Virus record (IMG/VR): IMGVR_UViG_3300020397_000579 | Span: 1-25,843 of that record | Source: a virus | Taxonomy: Duplodnaviria > Caudoviricetes | Strand: one strand, 5' to 3' | Length of the DNA: 25,843 bases | Shown: positions 1-7,359 of the stretch, piece by piece | Numbering within the stretch: position 1 is the first letter of the stretch | How the letters are laid out: the number at the start of each line of letters is the position of its first letter | Notes under the pieces: model-generated | Seen by the model: the letters and a program-made list of their open reading frames with translations, nothing else | Told to the model about the DNA's origin: nothing | Database searches by the model: none | Made by a program: the position numbers and the translations under genes

Positions 1-200
1 CCTGTGCGAGTCTTTCCCCACCCCCTTCCTGCAAGGATCAGCCAAATATTATAATCCGTGGGCGGTGCGAGTTGTTTAGTTCTTGCTGTATCTAACCAAT
101 CGGCATAGAGGCTAAGAGCTTGTTTCTCGCTTTCGCTCTCCAAGTTTGTCAAGCAAGTTAAAAGCTGACTGGAAAGCTCTGCTATCTCTGACATTGGCAT
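1..200 (-). CDS. terL: Terminase large subunit, N-terminal part (runs off window)
   Basis: Not in ORF track. Manual translation from ATG 200 (or 194): MPMSEIAELSSQLLTCLTNLESESEKQALSLYADWLDTARTKQLAPPTDYNIWLILAGRGWGKTRT, with the Q motif and Walker A AGRGWGKT typical of TerL; follows the terS-like gene. Confidence 0.9.
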   Translation of the reverse strand, partial: MPMSEIAELSSQLLTCLTNLESESEKQALSLYADWLDTARTKQLAPPTDYNIWLILAGRGWGKTRT

Positions 201-624
201 TGATGCTCATGTTGTCGGTGGATTCTCCCAAAGCTAACTTTGCGAGCTTTTGGGCTGATAATGCCGCGTTGCTTAACGCTAGAACCTGATGGCCGGATAA
301 ATCATCAAGGCATTTTAGCTGGTCGCTGACTGCCCCCATGATTGTTTCCGCTATTGTAATGCTCTGGCTATCTAGCTTCTTGCCATGCTGTACAAGACTG
401 AGTTGCCTTTCCTCGTCCATCTTTTGAAGCAAACCATCTTGAAATAACTTTCTTTGATCCTTCCAGCCCTCATCCTTGGCATAACGGTAAAGGGTAGTTT
501 TGGGAATTTGATGTTGTTGTACCAAATGCTCAATGGTTGGATATTTGCGCCGTCCTAGCTCATCATCTAAGCCCTGAACAAACTCAATTCGGATTTTTTC
601 TTTCAATTCTTCGGTAAATCTCAT
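112..624 (-). CDS. terS: Terminase small subunit (putative)
   Basis: N-terminal HTH-like segment (TIEHLVQQHQIPKTTLYRYAKDEGW), helical body, position directly before terL. ATG 624 preferred over 657 because it follows AGGAAAGAAACC. Confidence 0.75.
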   Translation of the reverse strand: MRFTEELKEKIRIEFVQGLDDELGRRKYPTIEHLVQQHQIPKTTLYRYAKDEGWKDQRKLFQDGLLQKMDEERQLSLVQHGKKLDSQSITIAETIMGAVSDQLKCLDDLSGHQVLALSNAALSAQKLAKLALGESTDNMSINANVRDSRAFQSAFNLLDKLGERKRETSS

Positions 625-668
625 GGTTTCTTTCCTAAATTTCCCAATTTTTCCCAAAAGATTCCCGC

Positions 669-697
669 ATCATCCAACCAAATATCACGTTGGTCAA
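669..697 (-). promoter_or_regulatory. Possible sigma70-like promoter for packaging genes
   Basis: TTGACC-17 nt-GATGAT on - strand in the gap upstream of terS. Confidence 0.35.
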
Positions 698-703
698 GAT
701 GAA

Positions 704-1087
704 TTACTTAACTTTTCTTAGACTGACTTCCTTAGATCGTTCTGTTTCCCACTTCGCTTCTGCTAATCTCACCATTTTTTTTGCTTTCTCTGCTACGATG
801 TTGGCTGTCTGCACGTTGATATATCTATCTTTCCACTCTACTTGACTTCGTACCGCCGCTTCTGCCATGACTGCGCTGATCTTCTGTCCATCACATATTG
901 CTTTTTTGCTTGCCGCTTCAAAGGCTTTGAACAGTCCATCATACTCTGCGGCGTCTAATGCTTTGTCTTCCCAAAGTTGGATTGCCTCTTCCCATTCCTG
1001 TATGCACCTATCCAGAGGACTAGATTCAGACATTGATGGTATCGCACCGGAAATTTCTTTCGCTCTTCTGATTTCTGATTCACTCAT
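704..1087 (-). CDS. Hypothetical helical/coiled-coil phage protein
   Basis: 127-aa ORF coupled to neighbours, Ala/Glu/Lys-rich, ends in WETERSKEVSLR. Confidence 0.7.
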   Translation of the reverse strand: MSESEIRRAKEISGAIPSMSESSPLDRCIQEWEEAIQLWEDKALDAAEYDGLFKAFEAASKKAICDGQKISAVMAEAAVRSQVEWKDRYINVQTANIVAEKAKKMVRLAEAKWETERSKEVSLRKVK

Positions 1088-1322
1088 CAGTTAATGCAAT
1101 TTCTACTTTGTTATCATCCAATACAGCCTGAGCCTTTTTTCTTAAAACTTGCGCCTCCCAAATAATATCGTCCATCCAATCAATAACCATTACAGGGTGT
1201 TGGCTCATGAATTCTTTATCCATTTCTAGTTTACATTCGCTATCACCGCCATAATAGTAGACAGTTCCCACCGGACGTTTTGCCAGTTCTTCAATTATTT
1301 CTTTGCTAATTTCTTCATCCAT
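1080..1322 (-). CDS. Hypothetical protein
   Basis: ORF 1080..1349; ATG 1322 (MDEEISKE) overlaps the end of the upstream gene and is the likelier start. Confidence 0.6.
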   Translation of the reverse strand: MDEEISKEIIEELAKRPVGTVYYYGGDSECKLEMDKEFMSQHPVMVIDWMDDIIWEAQVLRKKAQAVLDDNKVEIALTDE

Positions 1323-1677
1323 TTGTTCGCACCTTTTTGTTTGCTTCACTGTATTTTTTCCTGTGATCCCTCATTTGAATCGCAAATATATCTTTCACCA
1401 CCTGATCGTTTATCTGCCCTGTTCCATAACGTAAAACACGCCATCCCAGAATAGTTGCGGCATTGTATTTCTGCATATCCTGAATATAGCCTCTTCCTCT
1501 GGTATGCCTTCCCTGCGTGAATAAACCGCCCTCCACTTCTATCGCTATTTTGTCTTTAGGAAACGCAAAATCAAAACGCCATTTTCTATCGGGATGGAAC
1601 TTATATTCGGTTTCAAACTCGTATTCCTCCGACTTCAAAAGAAATTCCATTTCCATTTCACCGACTGATTTTTTCAT
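1315..1677 (-). CDS. DUF559/Vsr-like PD-(D/E)XK endonuclease
   Basis: EYKFHPDRKWRFDFAF...IAIEVEGG...GRHTRG...D..KYNAA..LGWRVLRY signature. Confidence 0.85.
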   Translation of the reverse strand: MKKSVGEMEMEFLLKSEEYEFETEYKFHPDRKWRFDFAFPKDKIAIEVEGGLFTQGRHTRGRGYIQDMQKYNAATILGWRVLRYGTGQINDQVVKDIFAIQMRDHRKKYSEANKKVRTNG

Positions 1678-3347
1678 ACGCTGGCGGCATCCTCAAATCT
1701 AAACCTCTTAGAATTATACCAGAAAACCGCTTCCCCGATGTGTCCGTATAATCCCTGTTCTCTGATCTTCCTAGTTATCACCCTCATAGTGTCGGTTTCA
1801 AAATCCCTGTGAATCGTTATGACTGCATCAGCCTGATTTGACCAGTGAGCCGCGCCGGATATGTCATAAGCTGTCGGGGGCGCATAACCGCCGCTTTCCT
1901 GCTTGGGCATTTTCGTAGGATGTGCCACTACAAAGGTGGTCACATCCATCAACTTGGAAAACCGCTTACACTCACTTATGAAGTTCTTGATGTGTTCATC
2001 TTCCCTTTGTGATCCTCTTCGGCTTGCGTCCACCTCATTGTATGGGTCTATCACCAAACAATCGCAACCGAATTTCTTTATCGCTCCCCTAGCGGTATCC
2101 AAGATCCTTTGAATGTTAGGCGTGTGTTCTCTTGTTTCTATGAAGAAAAAATGATCATTTATAAAGTTCATGGCTAAAGTGAGATCATTTTCTGTCATTC
2201 TGCCATGGATATTCGGATCAAATGATTTCCCAGAATACATCATAGCAAGACGGCGTATGTGCATCTTTGTAGAATGTTCCGGCGAGAACATTGCAAACTT
2301 CCATTGATGATTCTTTGCCAGTTCAATCAAGCACTGATCCAGAAATGAAGACTTGCCGTGGTTTGGAATCCCGGTCCAAACATGAAAAGTCCCTCGCATG
2401 ATTTTATAAATCTTATCAAGCGACTCATACCCAATTTCTACTGGCTTATCAAAGTTTCCGGCATAAAGATCAAAAACGTCATTCACATAAGCATAGGCGT
2501 TATACAAGCCATCCACTGGGTAAGCTCTAGCATTTTTTATTAGTTCGCTGAGTCTTAATCCACCATGCTTCAGCAATACGTCATTCGCATCCTTGCAATC
2601 TGCCGGAAGCCCCACACGCCAGCACTTATCCTTTCCAAACCTGTGTAATAATTCCGCTCTAAGATTTTTACCAGCGTCATCATTATCAACAAATAATATT
2701 ATCTTGTCAGCTTTCAAAGGGTGGGTCTGCAAAGGAATAAATCTTTTGTCACCTTCTTTGTATTTCGCTTCTGCTGGTGCCCCATCGGGTAGCGTTGTGA
2801 CGTTCATAAATCCCGCTTCTGCCACTGCTAAACAATCCATCTCACCCTCTACAAATATCACCTCTTTGGCGTCTTTGACGTTGCCGTAGTTGTAAAGGGA
2901 TTTCTTGGGGTTCTTGGTCTGCCTGAATTGCTTATCCTTTGAGCGGTATTTGATATTATCGCATTTCTTATCATATCCGTTATATGGGAATCCTATCCAT
3001 GTGCTGTCTTCCGAAAAGACATTAAATGCCTCATAAGTCTTTTTGCTGATGCCCCTGCTTTGAAAAAAATCTTGAAGAAATTTAGAGGTTGCCGGAATAA
3101 AACTAACTGGCTCCGGCATCTTTGGCTTTGGCCTATAGCCACTTGATTGTTTATCCACTACACCACCATCAAAACCACAATGATGGCAATGGAATAGAAT
3201 CTTGTCATAACCCACTTCTACAGATAATGGATTATCTTTTGGGTTATGTTGAGGTTGGCATTGTGGGCATTTGGTTTTCTGTTGCCCTTCTCTAAGGTTT
3301 CGGGATGGGATCTTGTATTCATCGTATAGTTTATCCAGCAAGCTCAT
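1674..3347 (-). CDS. Bifunctional primase-helicase (T7 gp4/Twinkle-like)
   Basis: Zn finger CPQC...CHHC, TOPRIM (FVEGEMD, DNDDAG, KDAND), SF4 helicase Walker A GIPNHGKS, VIDPYN, VAHP, DISGAAHW. Confidence 0.93.
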   Translation of the reverse strand: MSLLDKLYDEYKIPSRNLREGQQKTKCPQCQPQHNPKDNPLSVEVGYDKILFHCHHCGFDGGVVDKQSSGYRPKPKMPEPVSFIPATSKFLQDFFQSRGISKKTYEAFNVFSEDSTWIGFPYNGYDKKCDNIKYRSKDKQFRQTKNPKKSLYNYGNVKDAKEVIFVEGEMDCLAVAEAGFMNVTTLPDGAPAEAKYKEGDKRFIPLQTHPLKADKIILFVDNDDAGKNLRAELLHRFGKDKCWRVGLPADCKDANDVLLKHGGLRLSELIKNARAYPVDGLYNAYAYVNDVFDLYAGNFDKPVEIGYESLDKIYKIMRGTFHVWTGIPNHGKSSFLDQCLIELAKNHQWKFAMFSPEHSTKMHIRRLAMMYSGKSFDPNIHGRMTENDLTLAMNFINDHFFFIETREHTPNIQRILDTARGAIKKFGCDCLVIDPYNEVDASRRGSQREDEHIKNFISECKRFSKLMDVTTFVVAHPTKMPKQESGGYAPPTAYDISGAAHWSNQADAVITIHRDFETDTMRVITRKIREQGLYGHIGEAVFWYNSKRFRFEDAASV

Positions 3348-3714
3348 TTTTGTTTTTCCCTGTTTTAGTCTTTAGTATATCTTTAGTATTGGCGGTTACC
3401 AGTGACCTAACCCTCCGGTTGTCTGTAACCACCCCCCTCCGGTTATCAGTGACCACCCCTTGCGGCACTTTTAAAAAGTATCGGTTTGATGTTCCCAACC
3501 TGTGTTTGATGGTCAATAATCCGGCATCTTGCAACAGAGTAAGATTTCTCCTGATGCTTCTGTCGTTAATTTGACATATATCAGCCAAATGTCTTTCGGA
3601 AGGGTAACAGCTATGCTTCTCGTCTGCGTAATTCGCTAAAACAAAAAGCAAAAGTTTGCTGGTAGGGGTAGGACATTTTTGATTTTTCACCCATCCAAGT
3701 GCTTCAATACTCAT
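3331..3714 (-). CDS. HTH replication initiator-like protein (lambda O-like N-terminus)
   Basis: KLLLFVLANYADE..SCYPSERHLA..C.I..RSIRR.L..L...GLL winged-HTH motif; upstream of helicase; carries internal DNA repeats. Confidence 0.8.
   Translation of the reverse strand: MSIEALGWVKNQKCPTPTSKLLLFVLANYADEKHSCYPSERHLADICQINDRSIRRNLTLLQDAGLLTIKHRLGTSNRYFLKVPQGVVTDNRRGVVTDNRRVRSLVTANTKDILKTKTGKNKNELAG
3393..3458. repeat. Three iteron-like repeats inside the initiator gene (putative origin)
   Basis: CCCTCCGGTTGTCTGTAACCACCC (3411-3434), CCCTCCGGTTATCAGTGACCACCC (3435-3458) and partial CGGTTACCAGTGACC (3393-3407); adjacent AT-rich tract with three TTTAGT. Confidence 0.7.
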
Positions 3715-3974
3715 GCTGTCCCAGGATCTAAGTCATTGTTTTTTAAAGGCTTTTTCATGTCTTTTTCATTCCTTGTATATTCAAAGTCCATCACCGTAAC
3801 TTTTCCATCAGTGATTGATTGAAGCCTTTGAAGGTTAGTCCCTTTGGGTATCCTTTGGCCGCTGATCCACTTGTTGAGTGTGCCGATTGAGAAATGAAAG
3901 TCTCGCTGTTTGCAGAATTCTTGAAATCCTTTGTAAGTGATATTTTCCGACTTGAGAAATTGATTTAATTTCAT
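3711..3974 (-). CDS. Cro/XRE-like HTH transcriptional regulator
   Basis: MKLNQFLKSENITYKGF...SIGTLNKWISGQRIP...LQRLQSITDGKVTVMDF; ATG 3974 with AAGGAG upstream. Confidence 0.85.
   Translation of the reverse strand: MKLNQFLKSENITYKGFQEFCKQRDFHFSIGTLNKWISGQRIPKGTNLQRLQSITDGKVTVMDFEYTRNEKDMKKPLKNNDLDPGTA
3721..3743. repeat. 23-bp dispersed direct repeat, copy 1
   Basis: CCAGGATCTAAGTCATTGTTTTT, identical to 13001-13023. Confidence 0.9.
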
Positions 3975-4158
3975 GTTTTGCGCTTTGCTCCTTTTTCCAT
4001 AGACCAAAGATATAATGAGATTCGTCAAAGGTTAGCTTGAATTTAATTTTTAAAGCCAAAACCTTTTGATCTTCACTAAAATCTTTAAGGTCATCTAAAT
4101 AATCAAAATATTTGAACACCAAAAACCTCCGATATTTTAAGTTTCGTTTTGTTGACAA
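3835..4158 (-). CDS. Hypothetical protein
   Basis: First ORF of the leftward unit; YFDYLDDL...F.LT..ES..IF..W part looks protein-like; last 140 nt overlap the Cro-like gene in another frame; start uncertain. Confidence 0.45.
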   Translation of the reverse strand: MSTKRNLKYRRFLVFKYFDYLDDLKDFSEDQKVLALKIKFKLTFDESHYIFGLWKKEQSAKHEIKSISQVGKYHLQRISRILQTARLSFLNRHTQQVDQRPKDTQRD

Positions 4159-4204
4159 TCAACCCTGTTTGGGCATATCATACCCAACTGGGGTTTTATT
4201 ACAA
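4152..4204. promoter_or_regulatory. Overlapping opposite-strand promoters with two operator-like sites
   Basis: + strand TTGACA(4152)-18-TATCAT(4176); - strand TTGTAA(4204)-16-TATGAT(4182); AACCCTGTTTGGGCA (4161-4175) and TACCCAACTGGGGTT (4181-4195) occupy the spacers. Confidence 0.7.
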
Positions 4205-4231
4205 ACTTTATTTTAATCAGGAGAAAAAAAT

Positions 4232-5026
4232 ATGAAGCAAGCGAGCAACGATAGTTTTGCAGACCATGGCATTGACCATATTTCTGCAAGTCAAATTAAC
4301 CAATTTATAATGAATCCTTGTAGATGGATTCTCAGAGTTAGCGGATACACTAATCCGAATGGCAACGCCCATATGTGGCGAGGGACAGCAGTTGACAACG
4401 CTGTAAGTTCAATGCTGATGGATGGCTTGTCCAAAGAAAAGGCGATGGATTTAGGAAAAAGCGTTTTTGAAACGAACGTGGCCTATGCAAAAAAAGTAGA
4501 TCCTGAGAACATTGACTGGATGATTTTGCATGAAAATAGAGAAAAGCTGGAAAGATATTTGTCAGCCGCACTTGATTTTTTTGAGGGTAAAGGTAAGCCA
4601 AAATCAATACAGGAAAAGATTGAAGTCACTGATGAAAGCCTGTCAGTCCCTATCATCGGCTATCTTGATTTGAAATATGAAAGCACTATCCGCGACATAA
4701 AAACATCAGCGAAAAGACCAAATTTCGCGAAAATGCCCGACAATGTAAGCCGCCAAATGTCCGTCTATTGGAAAGCGACTGGTTTAATGCCTGTGGCTGA
4801 TTACATTATTGTTCGTATGTCTGACGTTTTGACTGAAACATATCCTGTTTATGACATCAATGAACACTGGGCGGTCACTCTGAGGGCCGCCCAAACTATG
4901 CAAAGGGTTCTCAGCATAAGCACCGATATTCAAGAGGTCGCATCTTTTTTCATGCCTGACTTTTCAACGTGGGATTGGGACGAAAGAGAGATTGAAGAAG
5001 CAAAAAAACTTTGGGGGATTAAATAA
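4232..5026 (+). CDS. PD-(D/E)XK exonuclease (RecE/Cas4-like recombination nuclease)
   Basis: HISASQINQF...PC, RGTAV, GYLDL...IRDIKT, QMSVY motifs; RBS CAGGAG. Confidence 0.85.
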   Translation: MKQASNDSFADHGIDHISASQINQFIMNPCRWILRVSGYTNPNGNAHMWRGTAVDNAVSSMLMDGLSKEKAMDLGKSVFETNVAYAKKVDPENIDWMILHENREKLERYLSAALDFFEGKGKPKSIQEKIEVTDESLSVPIIGYLDLKYESTIRDIKTSAKRPNFAKMPDNVSRQMSVYWKATGLMPVADYIIVRMSDVLTETYPVYDINEHWAVTLRAAQTMQRVLSISTDIQEVASFFMPDFSTWDWDEREIEEAKKLWGIK

Positions 5027-5703
5027 TGGAAGACAAATTATTAGCGGCAATCAAAGAATGTGAAGAACTGGACAAAAATCAAAAACAAAAAATAGGCAAT
5101 AAATATTATGCGCTGGTCCACACCCGCGTTCAGATTTTCAGAAAGCACCTTGGTTCTGATGGTAAAATTGAAACGATTATTTTGGAGCAAGACGATCACA
5201 AGGTAATCGTTCAAGCGGTTATCTCAATCTGGCGAAACGACAACTGGGTTCAGATAGCGAACGATTTTGCGGAAGAGTACAGGGACCAAGGCATGGTCAA
5301 CAAGACTTCTGCGCTTGAGAACTGCACCACCAGTTCAATAGGCCGCGCTCTTAGTGCTTGCGGTCTCACTGGTGGCGAGTATGCGTCTGCGTTTGAGGTA
5401 GACAATGCCATCAATTCCAAGCCGGAAGCAAAGCCCAAGAAGATCAAAAAGCCTGATACTTCTTGGAACTACACCGTAAGGATTGGCAAGGATGGCGATA
5501 CTTTATTCACCTCAAAACTTCAAAAGTTCGTTGCTTGGTGCGGTCAGTATATCCAAGAACCCGAAAACGAATTGCACGTAAAGCATTTCCAAGGAACTCA
5601 ACTTGAAATTGAAAAGGCTTTAAAAGATCACGAAATAAGCTCAGATCAAAAAGCTATATTGGAAGCGATTATGGATAAGTTCGGGGGTCAAAATGGAAAT
5701 TAG
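5026..5703 (+). CDS. Putative single-strand annealing protein (Rad52/Sak-like)
   Basis: Y..V..R...FR ... AEE......VNKTSALENCTTSSIGRAL...G motif; translationally coupled to the exonuclease. Confidence 0.65.
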   Translation: MEDKLLAAIKECEELDKNQKQKIGNKYYALVHTRVQIFRKHLGSDGKIETIILEQDDHKVIVQAVISIWRNDNWVQIANDFAEEYRDQGMVNKTSALENCTTSSIGRALSACGLTGGEYASAFEVDNAINSKPEAKPKKIKKPDTSWNYTVRIGKDGDTLFTSKLQKFVAWCGQYIQEPENELHVKHFQGTQLEIEKALKDHEISSDQKAILEAIMDKFGGQNGN

Positions 5704-5986
5704 CCAAAAGAAACTGGGCCTACTGGATTTTGTTTTTGCTGAAATGCGAAATTGTAAACCGTGGACGTTCTGGGAGCTTCAAGAAGCAATCAGAAACGAT
5801 TTTGGGAACTTTTACGGCGAGCCAACGATTTCAGCGGCAATTCGTGAGCTTAGGAAACCCCATGCTAGAATCAAATACAATCTCCCCCAATCGGGGGAAG
5901 TTGTGTTGAAAGAAAGAAGGGTGAACGGCAAGGGGTACACTTATCGGCTTGCTCCTTCAGTTCTAAGCCATTGGAAAGAGTCTTAA
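5693..5986 (+). CDS. Winged-HTH DNA-binding protein (putative)
   Basis: WTFWELQEAI....YGEPTISAAIRELRK...V.KERR.....YTYRL pattern. Confidence 0.6.
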   Translation: MEISQKKLGLLDFVFAEMRNCKPWTFWELQEAIRNDFGNFYGEPTISAAIRELRKPHARIKYNLPQSGEVVLKERRVNGKGYTYRLAPSVLSHWKES

Positions 5987-5987
5987 T

Positions 5988-6443
5988 ATGCAAGTTGGAT
6001 ATATAGGCTTGTTGATCTTAGAAAACAGAAATTGGCTAGAAGATAATTTTATAAATTGGCCGATACACGAAAACGTATATTTTCACCATTGCACTGTCGC
6101 GTATAAACCTTCAGCGGAAAAAATTGAACAATACAAGCCAAAACTAGGCAAGGTGTTCCAATTAAACGTCAATGGCTTTGTATTAACAAATGAAATCGCT
6201 GTTTTGATGATTGACAATGTTAAGGGTCTTCCGATTGAAAATCGTCACCCTCATATCACCGTGAGTTGTGCGGAAGGCATAAAGCCTTTTTACAGCAATG
6301 AGGTGCTAGAAACAGTTACGCCTGTTGATATATCAGAGCAAAAATTTGTCCTTCATGGGGTTCTTTATTTCCATGAATGGAAAGAGGTGCGCACCGAACC
6401 ACCGGATGCCAGTGAACGGTTCCCGAAACAAGGGTCTGTTTAG
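5988..6443 (+). CDS. 2H phosphoesterase (2',3'-cyclic phosphodiesterase-like, tRNA-ligase CPD type)
   Basis: Two HxT motifs (HHCTVAYKP, HPHITVS) followed by KPFYSNEVL. Confidence 0.75.
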   Translation: MQVGYIGLLILENRNWLEDNFINWPIHENVYFHHCTVAYKPSAEKIEQYKPKLGKVFQLNVNGFVLTNEIAVLMIDNVKGLPIENRHPHITVSCAEGIKPFYSNEVLETVTPVDISEQKFVLHGVLYFHEWKEVRTEPPDASERFPKQGSV

Positions 6444-6530
6444 AAAAGGCATTGAGTCTGGTTGGCTCGTTACGTCAAACCGTGTAACGATCCGGTGGGG
6501 GTCAGTGAAAAAGGGGGGCGTTAGTCCCCC
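6386..6530 (+). ncRNA. Candidate structured RNA (multi-stem junction plus hairpin)
   Basis: CCACCGGA(6399)/UCCGGUGG(6498) encloses UGCC/GGCA with GAACGG/CUGUUU and CCC/GGG, then GAGUC/GGCUC and CGUUAC/GUAACG; G-U pairs favour the + strand. Confidence 0.55.
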
Positions 6531-6566
6531 GAACTAAATATAAATAATTTAATAAAGGTGGTTTTT

Positions 6567-6908
6567 ATGGAGTATGAGCAAAAAGAAGGACAAGGCGCAT
6601 TGTGGAGCCAGCCAAGCGCAGAAGTTTTAGGCAAGGGGGAAGTATTGCTGGATGGGAAAAAGGTCTGGGTGTACGTCCTGCAAGAGTTTGACAGGGAAGG
6701 AAAGCCACGCTTTTCAATCTTGTCAGAAGCGGGGAGAATCTTTTTCAACCCACAAGAAGAAAAAAGAAACCCCAAGGGGCCGGATTTCGGCGGTTCAATC
6801 AAATCGGAAGGCATTGAATATCAAATGGCGATGTGGCAAAAAACAGCTTCAAATGGCAATTCTTTTTTGAGCGTAAATGCAGAAAGAAAAGAGGGTTTTA
6901 AACGCTAG
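6567..6908 (+). CDS. DUF736-like protein, candidate ssDNA-binding protein
   Basis: K.NPKGPDFGGSI......YQMAMWQKT..NG..FLSV motif preceded by a similar degenerate repeat; in recombination operon; ATG 6567 after AAGGTGG. Confidence 0.65.
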   Translation: MEYEQKEGQGALWSQPSAEVLGKGEVLLDGKKVWVYVLQEFDREGKPRFSILSEAGRIFFNPQEEKRNPKGPDFGGSIKSEGIEYQMAMWQKTASNGNSFLSVNAERKEGFKR

Positions 6909-7188
6909 GCATTTGGCTTGGGTCCGATCAAGGCCGTGTGCGGCTCTGTCGCTAAGTTGCAACGGCCCGATTCAAGCTCATCATCTTCTTAAACCTTGGG
7001 CTGGTGGCCGTGGTATGTCCTTAAAATCAGACGATAGAAACGTGATTCCTTTGTGTCAATATCATCATTCTCAGCTTCATACGAAGCATGGTTCTGAAAA
7101 ATCCTTTTTTCACGTTCACGCCAGATCAGAAAACTTTGCGAAACTGGTGGCAAAAGAACTTTGGGAAAACTCCCCATTTAATAAATAA
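6877..7188 (+). CDS. DUF968-like / HNH-type Zn-binding protein
   Basis: HLAWVRSRPC....C....QAHH......GMSLKSDD..VIPLC..HH..LH. Confidence 0.8.
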   Translation: MQKEKRVLNARHLAWVRSRPCAALSLSCNGPIQAHHLLKPWAGGRGMSLKSDDRNVIPLCQYHHSQLHTKHGSEKSFFHVHARSENFAKLVAKELWENSPFNK

Positions 7189-7357
7189 TATTATTTAGTC
7201 GGTTATTATCTTCCACACAATAGAGATTAAATTCTAAAGTTTCATCATACCGATAATCGTCTTTCACTTTCTTTCCCGCTTCCATGCAATCTTCCAGAGT
7301 TGAATAGATTCCAAGTTCAGTTACAAACGCAAAAGTGAAGAGATAAAGTTTAAACAT
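7178..7357 (-). CDS. Small hypothetical protein (59 aa, below ORF-track cutoff)
   Basis: MFKLYLFTFAFVTELGIYSTLEDCMEAGKKVKDDYRYDETLEFNLYCVEDNNRLNNIIY; starts 2 nt after the upstream stop and fills the gap. Confidence 0.65.
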   Translation of the reverse strand: MFKLYLFTFAFVTELGIYSTLEDCMEAGKKVKDDYRYDETLEFNLYCVEDNNRLNNIIY

Positions 7358-7359
7358 TC

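Noticed and set aside
6386-6500. tRNA gene
   Set aside because: No TTCRA T-loop, no 7-nt anticodon arm geometry, no acceptor end.
6507-6530. Hairpin as a firm terminator
   Set aside because: No U-tract on +; on - it has a U-tract but an A-C mismatch. Left as part of the candidate RNA.
6325-6870. Alternative-frame ORFs 6325..6537, 6652..6870 and 6521..6814
   Set aside because: Overlap better-supported genes or the structured RNA; no recognisable motifs.
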